Below are positions 26,048 through 29,166 of a DNA stretch of 29,166 bases, piece by piece. The notes under the pieces are model-generated. The model was not told the DNA's origin, did not search any database, and saw only the letters and a list, made by a program, of their open reading frames with translations. Each line of letters starts with the position of its first letter. Position 1 is the first letter of the stretch. The stretch covers positions 1 through 29,166 of the forward strand of contig CAYHBD010000033.1 of assembly GCA_964354805.1 (NCBI GenBank). The letters are read 5' to 3'. The translations under genes and the position numbers were made by a program. Origin of the DNA: an uncultured archaeon (GTDB lineage Archaea; Iainarchaeota; Iainarchaeia; Iainarchaeales; GCA-2688035).

Positions 26048-29022
26048 TCGCCTTTCTCGATTTTTTCCCTCAGCTTTAATCCAATGACGCTGCTTTTGTC
26101 CTTGCTCACTGCCACGCCGATTATCTGGTCTGCTCCCTGGATCAGTGGATCGTTGTGGGTTATTGCAATGAACTGGCTTTGCTTGCTGACTTCCTTGATT
26201 ATTTTAACCAGCTTCATTGAATTCTCCTTGTCCAATGCTGCATCAGCCTCGTCAAAAATATAGAATGGCGCAGGCTCGTACAATTGGATTGCGAAAAGGA
26301 AAGCAAGCGCTGTAAGGGTTTTCTCACCGCCAGACATTGAATCAATGTTTTTGATGTTCTCTCCCTTGTGCTTTGCCTCAATTAACAAGCCTGCTTCAAG
26401 CGGTTCCTCTGGCTTGCTCAGGCTCAATCTGCCTTCCCCTGCAAACAGGTTCCTGAACATCTCGCCGAAATTCCTGTTCAATGCATCAAAGCACTGCATG
26501 AAAATGTTCTTCCTTTTCACATCAATCTTTTCAATCATTTCCAATACGGCAAGCCTTTCTTTGTCCAGCAGGGCAACCTTCTCCCTAACATCCTTGACCT
26601 CTGCAGCCAGCTGCTCGAAAGATTCAATGGCTTTCAGGTTAATTGCGCCCATTTCGCTGATTTTTTTGTCAATTTCATTAATCCTGGGCTGCAGCGCGTG
26701 CCAGTCTGCTTTAGCCAGCTTGAGCACATCAGTAAACTGCTTTGCCTCCTCCTGCAAATCAGCCAGCCTAACCTGCATTTTGCTTTTCTCAATCTGCAGG
26801 TTGTTTTCATCCATCTGGGCCTGCCTCAGCTTCCGCTCCTGTTTTTTCGCCCTGAGCAGCAATTCCTCGATTCTCTCTTCCATCGCATCCCTTTCGGCTG
26901 CTGCTTTTTTGTTCCCTTTCTCAACCTTGTTCAGTTCATCCTCCAATTCATTGATTTTCGCGTCAGCGTGCTGCAGCCTTTTCTTCGTTTCCTCTATTCC
27001 GGCGATTATTTCCCTGTTCTCTTTCTGCACTGCCTGCTGCAGCTGCATCAAACCATTCCTCTGCCTTGACAATTGTACGATTGTTTTTCCTTCAATTGCA
27101 GCCTTCTCCTGCTGCAGTGCATTCAGCTTCCCGTGCAATTCAATCTCTTTCTCGCTGATTTCCTGCAATTCATTCACTGCAGCAGCATCGCTCAACCTGC
27201 GCCTCTGGGCTGCAATCTGGTTCAGTTCTGCCTGCTTTGCATTTGCCTCTGATTCAAGCAGCACAATCTCAGCTGTTTTCTTCTCAACACCTGCACCCTG
27301 CACGCCTGCCTTTGCAGCCGAGATTTTTTCCATGCTCTCTTTTAACTGCGCCTTCAATTCATCAAAATCCCTTAACTGATACAGCAATTCCCTTTCCTTT
27401 TCAGCAGCTTCCCTCAGCTCCCGCTCTTTTTTCAATGCATCAGCCTTCTTTTCAGCTGCTGCACTTTCCCTTTCAAGCATCTTCTTCAATTCTGCTTCCT
27501 TGCTTTTAATCAGCTGCAGCCTTTTTTCTTTCCTCAGCTCGCTTTCGCAAACAGGGCACAGAGCGCTGCTTTTGTTCAATAAGCCGATTGTTTCATTCAG
27601 GTTCTTTTTCCCTAGTTCAACTGCCTTTATCTCATGCAGCAGCCGCTCATGCTGCTGCTCTGCAACAGCAATCTTTTCAGCCAGCTTTCCGAATTTTCTC
27701 TGCAGCACCTGCAGCAGTTCGCTGGCGTTCTGCTTTTCCGCAAGCTTTTCCTCAATTCTTTTCTGCATTGCAGCCAGTTCCTGCAATTGCTTTCCCTGCA
27801 ATGCAATCCCGTGCTGCATTACCCGCAATTCGCTTACTGCCTTCACTCTTTTCTCGTTCAGTTCGCGCATTGCAGCATTCAATTGCTGCTCCTTTGAATG
27901 AATTTCCTGCAGCTCGGCAGCTTTCCCCTGCTGGCTCGACTGCAATTTTGCCTTCCTCTGCTGCAAATCGGCAACCTGCTGCTGTAAAGGGGGCAATTCC
28001 TCCATTATCTGCTTTACCCTGCTTTTTTCACTGTCAGTTTCCTTTGCAATAGCGTTTGCTTCAGCCTCTGCCTCTTCAACCCTCCTGTTGTTCCTTGCAA
28101 TCAGGCCTTTGTTTCCCTCAATCCTTTCAACCAGCTGGCTTTTCTCGCTTTTAGCTTCCTCGAGCTTTGAGCCAATTGTTGAATAAATCTTTTCGCTCGC
28201 GCTCAGCAGCTCATCTCCGAGGCGCTTTGCCTCCTGCCTTAATTTTTCAGTTTCAGCATTTGCCTGGTCGAGCTGCTGCTGCTCTTCGTTCTGCTGCTTT
28301 TCAAGCAATGCAAGCCCTTGATTTGTTTCAAGCATGCCCTTGTTTATTTCATCAATCTCATGCGCCAGCAATGTTGCCTTTGCCTGCTTCCTTTCCAGCT
28401 CAAGTTGCTTGAACAAAACAGCCGCTTCCCTTTCATGCTGCAGTTCCTGCAGGTAGTTCTCCCTTTCCTGCATGACAATGCCTGCATCCCTGAGCTTTAT
28501 GTCAACCTTCTCCAGATTTTTCAGCGCCTCTTCTTTCTTCAAATCAAACTCCTGCAATCCGGCAAGCTCGTCAACAATCTGCCTTCTCTCCAATGCATTC
28601 ATTTCAACAATCCTTGTTACATCGCCTTGCACAACAATGTTGTGCCCATCAGGCTTCACCCCCAATTCAAGCAGAAGCGAGCTTATTTCCCCCAGTGTTT
28701 TCCTCTGCCCATCCAGCCTGTAAACACATTTTCCCTGCTTGTCAATAAGCCTTTCAATAACATAATCCTTGTGGTCGTGCTTTAACGCCAGCTCTACCTT
28801 TGCATAGTTCTCAACAGCGCTGTTGTTCACCAATTCGCTTAATCTGCCTGCCCTCAAAGCCTTCAAGCTAGTAATGCCCATTGCGAAAAGCAGCGCATCC
28901 AGAATATTGCTCTTGCCGCTCCCGTTGCCGCCGACAATGCAGGTAAAGCCATTGCTCAGGGGAATGTCCGCTTTCTTAAAGCTCTTGAAGTTTCGCAAAA
29001 CAAGGCGATGCAGCTTGACCAT
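26017..29022 (-). CDS. smc: Chromosome segregation ATPase Smc with central CPVC zinc-hook motif (1001 aa)
   Basis: NFKSF, Walker A GGNGSGKSN, VVQGDV Q-loop, MSGGEKTL, PAPFYIFDEADAALD, QFIAITH; SD GGTGA before ATG 29022. Confidence 0.9.
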   Translation of the reverse strand: MVKLHRLVLRNFKSFKKADIPLSNGFTCIVGGNGSGKSNILDALLFAMGITSLKALRAGRLSELVNNSAVENYAKVELALKHDHKDYVIERLIDKQGKCVYRLDGQRKTLGEISSLLLELGVKPDGHNIVVQGDVTRIVEMNALERRQIVDELAGLQEFDLKKEEALKNLEKVDIKLRDAGIVMQERENYLQELQHEREAAVLFKQLELERKQAKATLLAHEIDEINKGMLETNQGLALLEKQQNEEQQQLDQANAETEKLRQEAKRLGDELLSASEKIYSTIGSKLEEAKSEKSQLVERIEGNKGLIARNNRRVEEAEAEANAIAKETDSEKSRVKQIMEELPPLQQQVADLQQRKAKLQSSQQGKAAELQEIHSKEQQLNAAMRELNEKRVKAVSELRVMQHGIALQGKQLQELAAMQKRIEEKLAEKQNASELLQVLQRKFGKLAEKIAVAEQQHERLLHEIKAVELGKKNLNETIGLLNKSSALCPVCESELRKEKRLQLIKSKEAELKKMLERESAAAEKKADALKKERELREAAEKERELLYQLRDFDELKAQLKESMEKISAAKAGVQGAGVEKKTAEIVLLESEANAKQAELNQIAAQRRRLSDAAAVNELQEISEKEIELHGKLNALQQEKAAIEGKTIVQLSRQRNGLMQLQQAVQKENREIIAGIEETKKRLQHADAKINELEDELNKVEKGNKKAAAERDAMEERIEELLLRAKKQERKLRQAQMDENNLQIEKSKMQVRLADLQEEAKQFTDVLKLAKADWHALQPRINEIDKKISEMGAINLKAIESFEQLAAEVKDVREKVALLDKERLAVLEMIEKIDVKRKNIFMQCFDALNRNFGEMFRNLFAGEGRLSLSKPEEPLEAGLLIEAKHKGENIKNIDSMSGGEKTLTALAFLFAIQLYEPAPFYIFDEADAALDKENSMKLVKIIKEVSKQSQFIAITHNDPLIQGADQIIGVAVSKDKSSVIGLKLREKIEKGEATVKQLEVS

Positions 29023-29087
29023 AATACGCTCACCAAGCAATAAAGGCAATTAATTGATAATATAAGAGAATAAATAACCCATTTAAA

Positions 29088-29166
29088 AAGCCTTTTTGCT
29101 TCCGCAAAAAGCCTTGGGAAAAAAAGCAATTGCTTCGCAATTGCAAAAGCCTTTTTGCTTCCGCAA
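29088..29166. repeat. Cluster of REP-like palindromic repeats (runs off window)
   Basis: AAGCCTTTTTGC-TTCC-GCAAAAAG unit at 29088 and, truncated, at 29147; GCAATTGC-TTC-GCAATTGC at 29126-29144. Confidence 0.8.

Noticed and set aside
26345-28785. Long + strand ORFs opposite smc (and similar antisense ORFs elsewhere)
   Set aside because: Antisense shadows of codon-biased genes

Overview
Archaeal chromosome segment, most likely a DPANN archaeon (Diapherotrites/Iainarchaeota-like; inferred from gene content and style, not searched). It carries: a probable type II TA pair; a stand-alone 5S rRNA gene; tbp; the rpl21e-rpoF-DUF655-ksgA cluster; an AT-rich Cys-rich surface lipoprotein; a nucleotide-metabolism block (pyrBI, rpe, pyrD-K-C-E-F, LOG, AMP phosphorylase); the ftsZ-secE-spt5-rpl11-rpl1-rpl10-rpl12 cluster; a membrane-anchored Lon-like S16 protease; MgtC; and an Smc. 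Three things stand out. (1) The last 8-18 codons of many housekeeping genes are repeated just downstream, four times at a 51-54 bp offset. In ftsZ and smc the copies differ almost only at synonymous sites. (2) Each of the four internal pyrD-K-C-E-F junctions holds an orphan gene with a very basic N-terminus, followed by a candidate relic of the upstream gene's tail (clearest for pyrK). Together these suggest an undescribed 'tail-replacement' route for inserting gene cassettes into operons; no integrase lies in the window. (3) The Smc has condensin-type heads but a central Rad50-like CPVC zinc hook and apparently no hinge. The pyrB and pyrD promoters are also 37/50 identical, and a REP-like hairpin repeat is present.
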